This document shows, piece after piece, positions 26,055 to 39,427 of a stretch of DNA of 64,000 nucleotides. The stretch is from Octopus vulgaris (lineage: Eukaryota). Made by a program: the position numbers and the translations under genes. Below the pieces are notes generated by a model that was given only the letters and a program-made list of their open reading frames with translations, had not been told where the DNA came from and did not search any database. Each line of letters opens with the position of its first letter. Position 1 is the stretch's first letter. The stretch is from the NCBI GenBank assembly GCA_951406725.2, contig OX597836.1:37758001-37822000 (forward strand). The letters are read 5' to 3'.

Positions 26055-26099
26055 GTATATATATATGTATATATATGTATATATATATGTATATATATG

Positions 26100-26154
<55 letters not shown>

Positions 26155-26179
26155 GTATATATATGTATATATATGTATA

Positions 26180-26238
<59 letters not shown>

Positions 26239-26320
26239 ATATATATATATGTATATATATGTATATATATATGTATATATATATATGTATATATATATGT
26301 ATATATGTATATATGTATGT

Positions 26321-26360
<40 letters not shown>

Positions 26361-26365
26361 GTATA

Positions 26366-26414
<49 letters not shown>

Positions 26415-26462
26415 GTATGTATATGTGTGGGGGTTGGGGGTGTATTTATATATATATATATT
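24390..26462. repeat. ~2-kb compound (TA)n/(TATG)n microsatellite
   Basis: Directly visible; source of the long Y/I/M/C ORFs. Confidence 0.98.
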
Positions 26463-26810
26463 ACCTTTTTTACCTCTTACACTTGTTTCAGTTATTAGAG
26501 TACGGCTATGCTGGTGAACTGCTTTGAAGAATTTTACTCGCACGAATCGACTCATTACTTTTTTAAAGCCTGGTACTTAATTCTATCTGTCTCTTTTTAT
26601 GTACCTCTAAGTTACGGGCACGTAAATAAAGATAGGCGTAAACATACACGTACACGCACACAAGTATACGCACAAACACACACACACACATATACATACA
26701 CGTATACACACACATATACATATACATACAAAAGGTGTTCTACTATAAACTTCGAGCCGACCAAAGCCTTCTGGGTGGATAAGGTAGACGGAAACTAAAA
26801 GAAGCCCGTC

Positions 26811-26865
<55 letters not shown>

Positions 26866-27029
26866 CTGTAACCAGGACCAGTCGTTCGGAAACATATATA
26901 TATATATATATATATATCACTTTGACCGACCAGTATATATATATATATCACTTTGACCGACCAGTATATATATATATATATATATATGTACACCGACTAT
27001 TCCTACAAATCCTCACGGTGAAGACTCCG

Positions 27030-27250
27030 ACCCATTTCCCAAATAAGTCTGCCTCATTTCTCAAAGGACACTATGGGACCTCAAAGAAAATAAACGTATG
27101 TTCCCATAAGAACGTTACAAATATTTTAACAGAAATTTTTATCAGACCTAGATCTGCTGCCTTTGGAGGTTTAGGATATAAGTGTGTGATTTTATACAAG
27201 CATCTTTGTATACAAATAAATTTCTCTAAATGTGTACATGAGTGTGTAGA
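27030..27250 (+). mobile_element. Highly decayed PLE GIY-YIG C-terminal fragment
   Basis: Across frames TLWDLKENK...CCL...KCVIL...FSKCVH resembles LW.LK...C.LC..EK..I...SKC.H. Confidence 0.45.
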
Positions 27251-27550
27251 AATTTACATTTTATTTTGATATTCCAATAAGCATACATACATACATACAT
27301 CCATACACTCGCATACACACAAACACACACATATAGATATACGTTCTTTTATTCTTTTACTTGTTTCAGTCATTTGACTGCGTCCATACTGGAAGACTGG
27401 GTTTTAGTCGAAGAAATCGCCCCCAGAACTTATTCTATCGCTCTTTTGGCCGAACCACTTAGTTACGGGAACATAAGGGCACCGGCATCGGTTGTCAAGC
27501 GATGGCGGGACAGGGGGGACAAACACAAACACACACACATACATAAGCAG

Positions 27551-27620
<70 letters not shown>

Positions 27621-27664
27621 TACATATATATATTTGTATGTATATATATATATATATATATATA

Positions 27665-28700
27665 CTTGGAGAGTGGTTACATGACTTTCTGAAAGATAGA
27701 AGTCTTGCAGCGGCGAATGGAAATACCTCAAAGAAAACACAAATAGTGAGCGGTGTCCCACATGACACTGTCTTGGGGGCCACTGCTTTTCATAGTGGTC
27801 CTCTCAGATATGCCCTCAACTGCCCGGCTAGCCACCTTTGCTTGCTACGCAGACGATGCGAAAGTTTCGCAGAAAATACAGAATCCCAGCGATGTTGCAC
27901 ACCTGCAGCAGGACTTGGACTCAATTTACAGATGGGCTGAGGACAATAATATGCAGTTTAAAAAGTGAATATAAAACTTACAGGACCTGGGTATCGACAT
28001 GAGTGGTGATACCTCTTTCCAAGTGCACATTACCAGGATGGCGACAAATTGCAGACGACTGGCTGGATGGATCCTAAGAACATTCAGAACCAGAGATAAG
28101 GAAACCATGATGGTCCTCTGGCGGACATTCGTCCTCAGCCGCCTGGATTACTGCTCACAGCTATGGTCACCCACCAGTGTGAAATTAACAGCGGACCTTG
28201 AAGCAATCCAGAGAAGATTCACAAAGAAGATCGTCTCTTTGCAACCGCTCAGCTACTGGGAAAGGTTGAAACAGCTAAGACTCTACTCCCTGGAGAGAAG
28301 ACGGGAGAGGTATGCAGTAATATACATCTGGAAGATCCTGGAAGGAATTGTGCCAAATTTTGGCATTGAAAGCTACACCAATGCCAGAACGGGACGACAC
28401 TGCATAGTGCCAAAGATCCCAGCAATGCCATCACGTTTCAGGACCAGTTACTGCAACAGCCTGGGTTTCAAGGGCCCACAGCTTTTTAATATTCTCCCAA
28501 AGAGTCTGAGGAACTTGCACAAAGTAGATGTAGGGGTTTTTAAATCAAAGCTAGACCTCTTCCTGTCGAGAGTCCCAGATGAAGCCTACCTCACGGCAAG
28601 AGGTGCAAATGAGGGTAGCTATATCAAACTCCCTTATTCACCAAATTCTACATATTAGAGGAGGCTCTCAATAATAACAGTGTAGCAAAACGGCGGTGCA
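27665..28700 (+). mobile_element. 5'-truncated CR1/L2-group LINE, reverse-transcriptase pseudogene
   Basis: SGVPHDTVLG/PLLFI, YADDAK, LQQDLDSIYRWAEDNNMQF, SRLDYCSQLWSP, LYSLERRRER; frameshift and internal deletion. Confidence 0.93.
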
Positions 28701-28738
28701 TCAATATGGCTGCAACTCTGAGGTGAAACTACAAAAAT

Positions 28739-28773
<35 letters not shown>

Positions 28774-28780
28774 CACACAC

Positions 28781-28855
<75 letters not shown>

Positions 28856-29068
28856 GAACATCGCAAAACAATCCTTCACACGCACACTACAGACCAGAGA
28901 AGTCAGCTGGCATCTTTTCCCCATAGATTGCCTGAAGACAGGGTTCTAACCTTGAAATATCACGCACCAACCATCGACCTGCATTGTTAATTTTTTATAA
29001 CTTGCATTGTTTGGGTTTTAAAAATGATTTCATACATACAAATATACGTACGTACACATATACACACG

Positions 29069-29165
<97 letters not shown>

Positions 29166-29181
29166 ATATATATATATATAT

Positions 29182-29580
29182 ACTCTTTTCTTTTACTCTT
29201 TTACTTGTTTCAGTCATTTGACTTCGGCCATGCTGGAGCACTGCCTTTAGTCGAGCAAATCGACCTCGGGGCCTATTCTTTGTAAGCCCAGTACTTATTC
29301 TATCGGTCTCTTTTGCCGAACCGCTAGGGTACGGGGACGTAAACACACCAGCATCGCTTGTCAAGCAATGCTAGAGGGACAAACACAGACACACAAACAT
29401 ACATATGTATATATATACATATATACGACAGGCTTCTTTCAGTTTCCGTCTACCATATCCACTCACAAGGCTTTGGTCGGCCCGGGGCTATAACAGAAGA
29501 CACTTGCCCAAGATGCCACGCAGTGGGACTGAACCCGGAACCATGTGATTGGTTAGCAAGCTACTTACCACACAGCCACT
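29182..29580 (-). mobile_element. SINE type A
   Basis: Family match. Confidence 0.92.
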
Positions 29581-29636
29581 ATGCATACGCACACACACAC
29601 ACGCATAATGTTTGTGCATGTGCATGCTTCAATCAT

Positions 29637-29920
29637 GTGATCGATGAGAGTATTAGATGTTATATATCGCTTGTTACAATGCGCTTTGCATCGTTTTGTT
29701 TTTTTTTGCTTTTGAATCGTGTGACCCCCGCTGGCTCGGCGAGCAGGCCAACATTCCCCCTGATCTGAAGGCTAGTCCGTCACATGAGTTCAGCTGAGTG
29801 AACTAAAGCAACATAAAATATAGTGTTTTGCTTAAAAAACACAGTGCAACGCTCGGACCGCAGATCGAACCGACGATCGCTAGATCATGAGTGCAACACC
29901 ATAACCACTGAATCATGCGC
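29637..29920 (-). mobile_element. Diverged SINE type D head (CORE-like) with tail X
   Basis: Head resembles 51170-51290; tail resembles 18378-18470. Confidence 0.65.
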
Positions 29921-30005
29921 TTTCGTGTGTGTGTATGTGTGCATGCGTACGGGTGTTTGTGTATGTTTGGATATTGTTTGCATAAGATGTGGATGTGTGT
30001 GTGTA

Positions 30006-30414
30006 TACTCTTTACTTTCTTTTACTCTTTTACTTGTTTCAGGCATTTGACTGAGGCCATGCTGGAGCACCACCTTTAATCGAGCAACTCGACCCGGGAC
30101 TTATTCTTTGTAAGCCCAGTACTTATTCTATCGGTCTGTTTTGCCGAACCGCTGAGTAACGGGCACGTAAACACACCAGCATCGTTTGTCAAGCAATACT
30201 AGGGGGACAAACACAGACATACAAACACACTTACATATATATTACATATATACGACGGGCTTCTTTCAGTTTCCGTCTACCAAATCCACTCACAAGGCTT
30301 TGGTCGGCCCGAGGCTATAGTAGAAGCCACTTGCCCAAGGTGCCACGCAGTGGGACTGAACCTGGAACCATGTGGTTGGTTAGCAAGCTACTTACCACAC
30401 AGCCACTCCTGCGC
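30006..30414 (-). mobile_element. SINE type A
   Basis: Family match. Confidence 0.92.
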
Positions 30415-31026
30415 ATATATGTGTGGATATGTATTTAGGTATGTATATTCGTGTGTGCGATTCAATGATCGCGGTTTCTGTGGAAGGGTTTGACTGTGGC
30501 ATGTGTGAGATTGCGGTTGCGTGGCTGGAAAGGTGAAGATTTGTGCACAAATGGGGACAGTTCTTTCGAGAGCAGTTATCTTATATATCTGTCTACAGTT
30601 AACCAATCCCCTTAAAAATTTACCATTTCCTCCTATCGTCTTTAGCTGGCTTTGTCATTTGAGCGTTCCCATCCTTTACTTGAAGGCGCCCCCTCAAACA
30701 TTGATCGGTGTGTTTTCACACGTGGCTTGTGTTACGAAAGGTTTTCGTTTTTGCTTTTAGTGAGTGACAGTAATTTACATTCTAGAGTAAATGTTTGTTT
30801 TGCATAGTACATTATCTGTTGTTGCGGTATTATATCAAACGAGTGGTTTTCTCTATCATACATCTATATTTAAACACACAGTTCTATAATGTTCAGTATA
30901 AATTTTGATATAACCATGAATGTACATAATCTGGAGTGTTGAAATTAATAATACTGCATGAAAATATCGAAACGGCTGTAATCATAGAGAAATCTTTATT
31001 CGCCCCTCGCATCTGTTTTTATGTTC

Positions 31027-31069
<43 letters not shown>

Positions 31070-31094
31070 TACGCACAAACATATATGTGTGTGT

Positions 31095-31141
<47 letters not shown>

Positions 31142-31448
31142 TATATATATATATACGAATATAAGTGCATGTATACTTGTGTATATGTGTTTGCTTACCA
31201 ACATACAGTGTTGACCAGCTAAGAGACAGAGAATGAACGTTGCAGTGAAAGAAATATACGAAGATATTAAGCATATTCAAAAAAGTGATCAAAATCATTT
31301 TGAACGCACGCGCACACATATTTACGTTGTTGGGGTGTACATAAACTCATGTACACATGCTATAACCACAGGTCTCTCTCTCTCTCTTTCCTTCTCTCCT
31401 TCTCTTTCCTTCTCTCCCTCTCTTCCCTTCTCTCTCTCTCTCTCTCTT

Positions 31449-31497
<49 letters not shown>

Positions 31498-31794
31498 GTA
31501 TATATATATATATACACACATATATGTATATATATACATATATATGTATATAAATATACATATGTGTATGTATACATTTATATGCATATATACATATATA
31601 TATACATATACATACACGCACACAGACACATATCTTGCTTTGATTATCAACCTGTGATTCTCATTTTTCTCCCTCTCTCTCTCTATGCTTTCTCACTTTT
31701 TCCCTTCTTTGACATCAGCAATAATTCAACCGATCCTAAGTCGTACACACACTCACAAACAGGCAATCACAAATACATGCTAAATGTGAAACAC

Positions 31795-32173
31795 ATGCAG
31801 GCTTGGCTATGTGATAAGAAGTTTCCTCCCCAACCACATATTTCCAGGTTCAGTCTCACTGCGTGGCACCTTAGACAAGTGTCTTCTACCATAACCTCGG
31901 ATAAACCAAAACCTGGTGAGTAGATTTGGTAAAGGGAAACTAAGGCGGCGAGCTGGCAGAATCGTTAGCACGCCGGGCGAAATGCGTAGCCGTATTTCGT
32001 CTGCCGTTACTTTCTGAGTTCAAATTCCGCCGAGGTCGACTTTGCCTTTCATCCTTTCGGGGTCGATAAATTAAGTACCAGTTACGCACTGGGGTCGATG
32101 TAATCGACTTAATCCGTTTGTCTGTCCTTGTTTGTCCCCTCTGTGTTTAGCCCCTTGTGGGTAGTGAAGAAAT
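31795..32173 (+). mobile_element. SINE type A head (31795-31942) followed directly by a full SINE type B (31944-32173)
   Basis: Abrupt switch of family homology at ~31943. Confidence 0.85.
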
Positions 32174-32309
32174 ATATATATATATTAGAAGGTTTGGAGG
32201 TGATGTACATGTATCATATATTAGAAGAAATAAGGTACTCAGAAATCTGGATGGTTTCATATTTACAGATTTTTATTAATATGTCACATGTTTTTATAAA
32301 TCATATACT

Positions 32310-32553
32310 AGCGCTTGCATCCACCCTAGTGGCTTCTGAAGAATGCGTTCGCTAAGCGGGCAAGGCCAACAGAAGAAAGAGAGAAAGAGTGGTGAAAAAG
32401 TACAGCAGGGATCACCGCCCCCCCCCCTGCCGGATCCTCGTGGAGCTTTTAGGTGTTTTCGCTCAATAAACACACGCAACACCCGGTCTGGGAATCGAAA
32501 CTGCGATCCTACGACTGCGAGTCCGCTGCCCTAACCACTGGGCCATTGCGCCT

Positions 32554-32555
<2 letters not shown>
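32310..32555 (-). mobile_element. SINE type C
   Basis: Head match; partial X-type tail. Confidence 0.85.
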
Positions 32556-32607
<52 letters not shown>

Positions 32608-33026
32608 ACACACATATATATATATATATGTATGTATGTATGTATGTATACATGTATGTATGTATGTATGTATGTATGTATGTATACATGTATGTATGTA
32701 TATATGTATGTATACATGTATGTATGTATGTATACATATATGTATGTATGTATGTATACATATCTGTATATGTATGTATGTGTGTGTGGGATGCATAGAT
32801 ATACATTTTTATACCCGCAAAAATGCATATGTATATATACTCTTCTGTGTATACAAATTGCAGGTAAAATAGCTAACGACGTAAGATGACCTGCTTAAAC
32901 TTCAATCTGAACTAAAACTTCAAATGTAGATATGTTATAGCTGCCTAAATATAACAGTCTGACTCTATATCAATTGTTTGCCTGTCTATATACATTCTAC
33001 TAGTATGCACACACACGTGTGTGTAT

Positions 33027-33089
<63 letters not shown>

Positions 33090-33673
33090 TATATGTGTGT
33101 GTGTGTGTGTATGTATATATATATATATATATATACACATACGTATATGCACCTATATACATACATATGTATATACATATATATATATACTTGTAAATAC
33201 ATATATGCATATGTTTGTATGTTTGTATGCCTGTATATACATATGTGCGTCTGTGTATGTATATATGTATGTGTATGTATATATATATATATAATACATA
33301 TACACACACATATATACATATATATATATGTTTGTATGTATGTATGTATGTATGTATGTATGTATGTATGTATGTATGTATTTTGAATGCCTTTCAATAT
33401 CTTAATGACTTTGCCCATTATTTATTCAGGCCATCAGTTCTTAGAATTCACTTATAAAGATATAAAAAGGATTTAAACTCTTCTCATTTTGTATCATACA
33501 ACATTATAGATTATTATACACATTGAGAGAATTCACGACCGAATTAACGTTCTCACAAGTGAATGTCATTCAGATATGCCGTACAATACATTTCCTGCGG
33601 TAATAAACATTATTTATTCTCGGTCACCTTTACTAAACCACTCCTTGGAAATTGCGAACATTTTATTCCACTA

Positions 33674-33873
33674 GGCGCAGGAGTGGCTGCGTGGTAAGAA
33701 GCTTGCTTCCCAACTATATGGTTCCGAGTTAAGTCTTTCTCTGCGTGGTACCTTGGGCAAGTATCTTGTACTATAGCCTAGAGTCCACTAAAGCCTTGTG
33801 AGTGTGGATTTGGTAGACAGAAACTGGAGGAAACCTGTCGTGTATATACATGTGTGTCAGTGTGTGTCTGTGT

Positions 33874-33926
<53 letters not shown>

Positions 33927-34130
33927 TTTGTGCATGTATTTGTCTCCCACCATCGCTTTACAATCGGTGTTAGTGTGTTTACCTCCCCCGTAAACTAGCG
34001 GTTCGGAAAAAGCGATGGATTGAATAAGTTCCAGACCTGGGTTCGGTTCATTCGACTAAAACAATCGTTCAAGGCGATGCTCCAGCATGGCTGCAGTCTA
34101 ATGACTGAAACAAGTAAAAAGATAAAAGAC
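33674..34130 (+). mobile_element. Diverged SINE type A
   Basis: Family match. Confidence 0.85.
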
Positions 34131-34235
34131 ATCTTAACTGAATATGTTTAGCATTATATAAGCGACCTTCTTGGATTTAGTTGAATTCTTAGATGTAACG
34201 AGAAGTGGAATTTGAAGGTTCGAGATTGACCTTCT

Positions 34236-34660
34236 AAAAGAAAGAAAGGAAGGAAGGAAGGAAGGAAGGAGAGAAGGAAGGGAGGGAGGGAGGGAGGAAG
34301 GAAAGAAGGAAAGAAAGAAGGAAGGAAAGAAAGAAGGAAAGAAAGAAAGAAAGAAGGAAAGAATGAAGGAAAGAAAGAAATAAAGAAGGAAGGAAAGAAA
34401 GAAATAAAGAAGGAAAGAAAGAAAGAAAGAAAGAATGAAGGAAAGAATGAAGGAAAGAATGAAGGAAAGAAAGAAATAAAGAAGGGAGGAAGGAAAGAAG
34501 GAAAGAAAGAAGGAAATAAATAAATAAAGAAGGAAGGAAATAAAGAAGGAAAGAAGGAAGGAAAGAAAGAAAGAAGGAAGGAAAGAGAGAGAGAGAGAGA
34601 AAGAAAGAAAGAAAGTGAGAGAGTGAGAGAGGATGTAAGAGAAAGAGAGATTAAAGAAAG
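34236..34660. repeat. Polypurine (GAAA/GGAA)n tract
   Basis: Directly visible. Confidence 0.95.
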
Positions 34661-35147
34661 ACCGTCATCAATTTGCTTGTTGGCGCCGATACAATTGATA
34701 TGGCACCGGGCTTTCGACAGCAAAGTCTATATAATCCTAAACATAAACTCCCAACTATTGGCGGTGCATTTAGTTCCTTCTGTAGGGAACAATAATCTCT
34801 GTTCCCTTATCAACATCTGATGGTAATTTAGCAACTGCTTAGGAAACTACATTGTTTTCTCTTTCCATCCTTTTATCTTGCTGTTGCCCCCCCACACACA
34901 CACACACACACTTCCGACCCAGCCACCCGACATCATTCTCCTTTAGACCAACCTCATCTCCCTCCCACCCACCGCTTCCACCACTTTCAACACTCATTCT
35001 GTTATTTCTCTCAATGGCTAAACAATAGCATCGCAAACCCTTCTTCATCCTAAATATTTCAATTCACTTTCACATACGCACCCACATCTCACCCTTCTAA
35101 TCCCGACACTTTCTTCAGATGTGTTCCCACTTAATGAATAAAGTTCA

Positions 35148-35852
35148 GCCATCACTATCGTTGTCGTCGCCGTCATCATCATCATCATCATCGTCATCAT
35201 CATCATCATCATCATCGTCGTCGTCGTCATCGCCGTCGTCGTCGTCGTCGTCATCGCCATCATCGTCGTCGTCGTCATCGCCATCATCGTCGTCGTCGTC
35301 GTCGTCATCACCATCATCATCGTCATCGTCGTCATCATCATCATCATCATCATCATCGTCGTCGTCGTCATCGCCATCATCACCATCGTCGTCGTCGTCA
35401 TCGCCATCATCACCATCATCGTCGTCGTCATCGTCATCGCCATCATCATCGTCATCGTCGTCGTCATCGCCATCGTCATCATCATCGTCGTCGTCATCGC
35501 CATCATCACCATCATCGTCATCGCCATCATCACCATCATCGTCATCGTCGTCGTCATCGCCATCATCACCATCATCGTCGTCGTCATCGCCATCATCACG
35601 ATCATCATCGTCGTCGTCGTCGCCATCATCACCATCATCGTCATCGTCGTCGTCATCGCCATCATCATCGTCATCGTCGTCGTCGTCGTCGTCATTGCTA
35701 TCATCATCGTCGTCATTATCATCATCGTCATCGTCATCATCGTCATAGCCATCATCGTCATCGCCATCATCATCATCATCATCAACGTCGTCGTCATCGC
35801 CATCATCATCATCATCATCAACGTCGTCGTCATCGTCACCTTCATCATCATT
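35148..35852. repeat. ~700-bp (ATC/GTC/GCC/ACC)n trinucleotide array
   Basis: Directly visible, triplet phase maintained. Confidence 0.95.
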
Positions 35853-36136
35853 ACCACAGCAACAACAACAATAACGACGAAATCAACAACATTCAACCTT
35901 AGCAATTTTCCCCTCCAGAAAGTTTTCTAGAAGCACATGTTACAACATAAACAATTGAAAAGCAAACGTTAATTATATTTTTGCTTGTGACTCACTTAGA
36001 CGCATAATAGCAGTGTCCATGGCCTCTTTTTTGAAGGATCCCCGACTGGTGAGAGAAAGAGAGGAAATTATCTTTAGGACCAAAGACATGGCCTGATTGC
36101 TTTCAGTGTTGTGGACCCCACAAAAACAGAGGTGTG

Positions 36137-36414
36137 GGGTCTTTACCTTTTGACCGACAGATTTAAAAATCGGATGTTGTTGTTGACAAACAACGGCAGT
36201 AATTTTATTCAGCTGAATACACGTCATTGATTGGTTGAAATTACCGAAATACGTCAACTTCGACAAAAAATAACTTCCAAAATACAGAATTTTCTCAACA
36301 ACGCCAAGAGTAAAAGATGTTTTATGTGACACATTCTATGAGTATACGAAGTTTGAAAGTATTTAGTTACAAAAAAATTATTTTTTAAACCTGTCGGTGA
36401 AAAGGTAAAGATCC
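36137..36414. mobile_element. MITE with 8-bp TSD, relative of the 19449/51706 family
   Basis: TIR GG(G/A)TCTTTACCTTTT.ACCGACAG; TSD GAGGTGTG; shared internal GATTGGTTGAAATT and GCCAAGA..AAAAGAT motifs. Confidence 0.88.
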
Positions 36415-36826
36415 GAGGTGTGTATTCCGGGTGTGCTAAGTGTGCCCTGCACACCCATCGAAAATGGCAAAGTCATTTTAAACACTGCAATTTTGGGCAG
36501 TATCAGAAATACATAGTTTCTATGCCTAATTTGGGTAATATTAATGTTAGTCATAGTATGGTCAGTGTGGCAACACACTCAATGGCAGCTACCACCATAC
36601 GCTACTGTACTAAATATACCCAGAAGTCGGGTGGTGGTGTTTAACTCAGCAACAGGATTTCATCTACCATCCAAAAACAAGTATACTCACTTTCAAAGCT
36701 CCCACTCGATTTCCATCTACTAAATATTACAAATTAGTAATAAAAGGGTAAAATTAATTAATTAAGTTAATTAATTAATCAATCAATTAATTGATAATTT
36801 TGCCAAGTAGATCGGTACGTTAAAAT

Positions 36827-36882
36827 AACACTGATGATGAGAAGTAAGTAATTTAACACTTTAATCTTGAAACGCGTCTGTG
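36827..36882 (+). ncRNA. Minimal type I hammerhead ribozyme motif (PLE-type)
   Basis: ACA-CTGATGA-T-GAGA...TCTT-GAAAC-GC-GTC-TGT; canonical core, palindromic ACGCGT helix III, GUC cleavage triplet. Confidence 0.65.
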
Positions 36883-37135
36883 GCTAATCGAAGTCGTGTT
36901 GATTCATTTTTTTTTTCTTTGCCTACGTAAAAAGCGTGTTACTGTTTGGGAGATTCTTACGGTAGTAGAAAAATGAATTTTTGACTCCTATTTCTAAATT
37001 CTGTATGTGGTGAAGCAATTAGCTGACCTCTAATTATAATTATGTTTATAATTATAGAATATTTGTACTAAATATTACAAATAGAGTTTTTGAGGTTTCT
37101 TTTCGACCAGAAATTAGTAAAATGTTGTACCGTGA

Positions 37136-37452
37136 AGGCACGTGGTTAAGTGGTTAAAGTATTCTTCCCAGGGTCGTAAGGTCATGAGTTTGATTCCCGG
37201 CGGCGCGTTGGGTCCTTGAGCAAGACCCTTTATTTCATGTTGCTCCAGTCCGCTCAGCAAAAATGGGTTGTACCTGTAATTGAAAGGACCAGCTTTGTCA
37301 CATCCTGTTGTCACGCTGAATCTTCCTGGGACCTACATTAAAGGTACGCGTGTCTGTGGAGTGCTTAGCCACTTGTACGTTAATTTCACGTGCAGATTGT
37401 TCCGCTGATCGGATCAACTGGAACAGTCCTCGTCGTCGTAACCGACGGAGTA
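37136..37452 (+). mobile_element. SINE type D head with tail Y
   Basis: CCTTGAGCAAGAC CORE-like box; tail GTCACGCTGAAT...CTCGTCGTCGTAACCGACGGAGT shared with 38345-38535. Confidence 0.8.
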
Positions 37453-37489
37453 CCAGTTTTATTAAAATGCGAAAGTCTCTTTTATTTTG

Positions 37490-37995
37490 TATATTTTACT
37501 TGTTTCAGTCATTGGACTGTGGCCATGCTGGGGCACCGTCTTGAAGGGTTTTAGTTAAACGAATCTACCCCAGTACTTATTTTTGCCTCAAGCCTGGACC
37601 TTATTCTATCCGTCTCTTATGCCGAACTGCTAAGTAACGGGGACGTAAACAAACCAACATCAGTTGTCAAGCGGTGGTGAGGGACGAACACACAGACATA
37701 CGCATACACTCATACACACGCACGCGCACACATATATATACATACATACACACACATATGTACATATATATATACACACACACACATATATACCTATATA
37801 TGCATGCACACACAGACATATGTACATACATATACACACACATAAATATATACATATATATGTATACACACACGACTGGCTGCTTGCAGTTTCCATCTAC
37901 TAAATCCAACTACTTGGTAGGGTCGACCCCGGAGTGTTATAGTAGACACTTGCTCAGGGTGTCACGCAATCGGACTAAAAAAGGAACCATTTGAA
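37490..37995 (-). mobile_element. Diverged SINE type A
   Basis: Family match; similar partial copies at ~2640-2800, 7645-7930, 12240-12450, 26462-26812, 27343-27535, 57536-57878. Confidence 0.75.
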
Positions 37996-38344
37996 CTGAA
38001 AGTACAATTACATAATTATTGTCTTACTTTTGTATTTCTTATCAATTGATACGGTTACAGGTCGTTTCCTAGCGGAGAAACACGAACTACTTGTAAATAG
38101 CAACGATTAAGAGCAGGATTATCTTTTCAATAAAGTTCTGAAAGTTGTTCGATGTTGCCAAGGTAATATACAGATCAGTGTCTTTTTCCATCAATCATTT
38201 ACAATGGACTAAATTCATTGTGGTTAAATTCTGGTGACAGTAGATTAAATTATCTCGTAAGTACATTTATGTAGTTGCTAGTTTCTTGAAAGTCACAACT
38301 GGGACTTTTAAGAAACTTCAGATCTTTAATTAGTTGTACTGGAC

Positions 38345-38728
38345 TGGAAGCACTCCGTCGGTTACGACGACGAGGGTTCCGGTTGATCCGAATCAACGGA
38401 ACAGCCTGCTCGTGAAATTAACGTGTAAGTGGCTGAGCACTCCACAGACACGTGTATCCTTAACGCAGTTCTCGGGGATATTCAGCGTGACACAGAGAGT
38501 GACAAGGCCGGCCCTTTGAAATACAGGTACAACAGAAACAGGAAGTAAGAGTGAGAGAAAGTTGTGATGAAAGAGTACAGCAGGGATCACCACCATCCCC
38601 TGCCGGAGCCTCGTGGAGCTTTAGGTGTTTTCGCTCAATAAACACTCACAACACCCGGTCTGGGAATCGAAACCGCGATCCTATGACCGCGAGTCCGCTG
38701 CCCTAACCACTGGGCCATTGCGCCTCCA
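38345..38728 (-). mobile_element. SINE type C head with tail Y, full length
   Basis: Flanking direct repeat TTAATTAGTTGTA. Confidence 0.9.
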
Positions 38729-39427
38729 CTTAATTAATTAGTTGTAGGCTTTTATTTACTGAATTTCTTTTTAACCTTGTTGTACATCGGTTGCATTCCA
38801 TGTTGCTCTACATCGATCCATTCAAGCCCACTACGTTCTTTGGGCTGTTTCTCCTCCATATTCTTCTTCGTCTTCTTCTTCCTCTTCCTACTTCTCCTCC
38901 TCCTCTTTCTTCTTCTTCTCCTCTTCCTCCTTCTCCTTCCCATTTACCAGTTTTTCTAGCATGTTTGATAAGAACTTGCTGGCTTCTAAAAAACACTTAC
39001 ATTTATTTTCCTGAGGAAAAAAGATAGTCGCGGTCAGGCCACCACGATCTGCAAGCGCAGCTGGGTCGATCTTGAGAAAGAGAGGAGAAAGAAAGGGATA
39101 AGAATGGAAACCCAGGTCTTGATTGGTACTTTATTTTCATCGGCCCTGAAAGGTTAAAAACGCAAACTTGACCGCGGTTGACTTGAATTCAGAATACAAT
39201 AATAGGAAAACTATCACGGGACATTTGTTCGACACTCTAACGGCTTTAACTATTCACTGCCATTTGGTTCTCGGTAGTTCACTACCACCACCATCACTAT
39301 TGGAAGTATTTTGGTATTTTTGTTTTTCTTAACTGTTTTCCTAATTTGTAAGTTATCTTTCTTAATGTCTTTGTTAGATCGCCAAATACACGTACACACA
39401 CATATATATATTTAAGTGTATGTGTAT

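Noticed and set aside
24384-26555. Very long ORFs (up to 723 aa) on both strands, and similar Y/I/H/T/C/V/M-rich ORFs throughout the window
   Set aside because: Translations of (TA)n/(TG)n/(TACA)n microsatellites, which lack stop codons by composition.
26898-26990. CACTTTGACCGACCAG repeated twice between TA runs (CRISPR-like spacing)
   Set aside because: Two-unit slippage duplication in a microsatellite; eukaryotic context, no spacers or cas genes.
34154-34723. 189-aa F/S/L/P-rich 'membrane' ORF
   Set aside because: Antisense translation of the (GAAA/GGAA)n tract.
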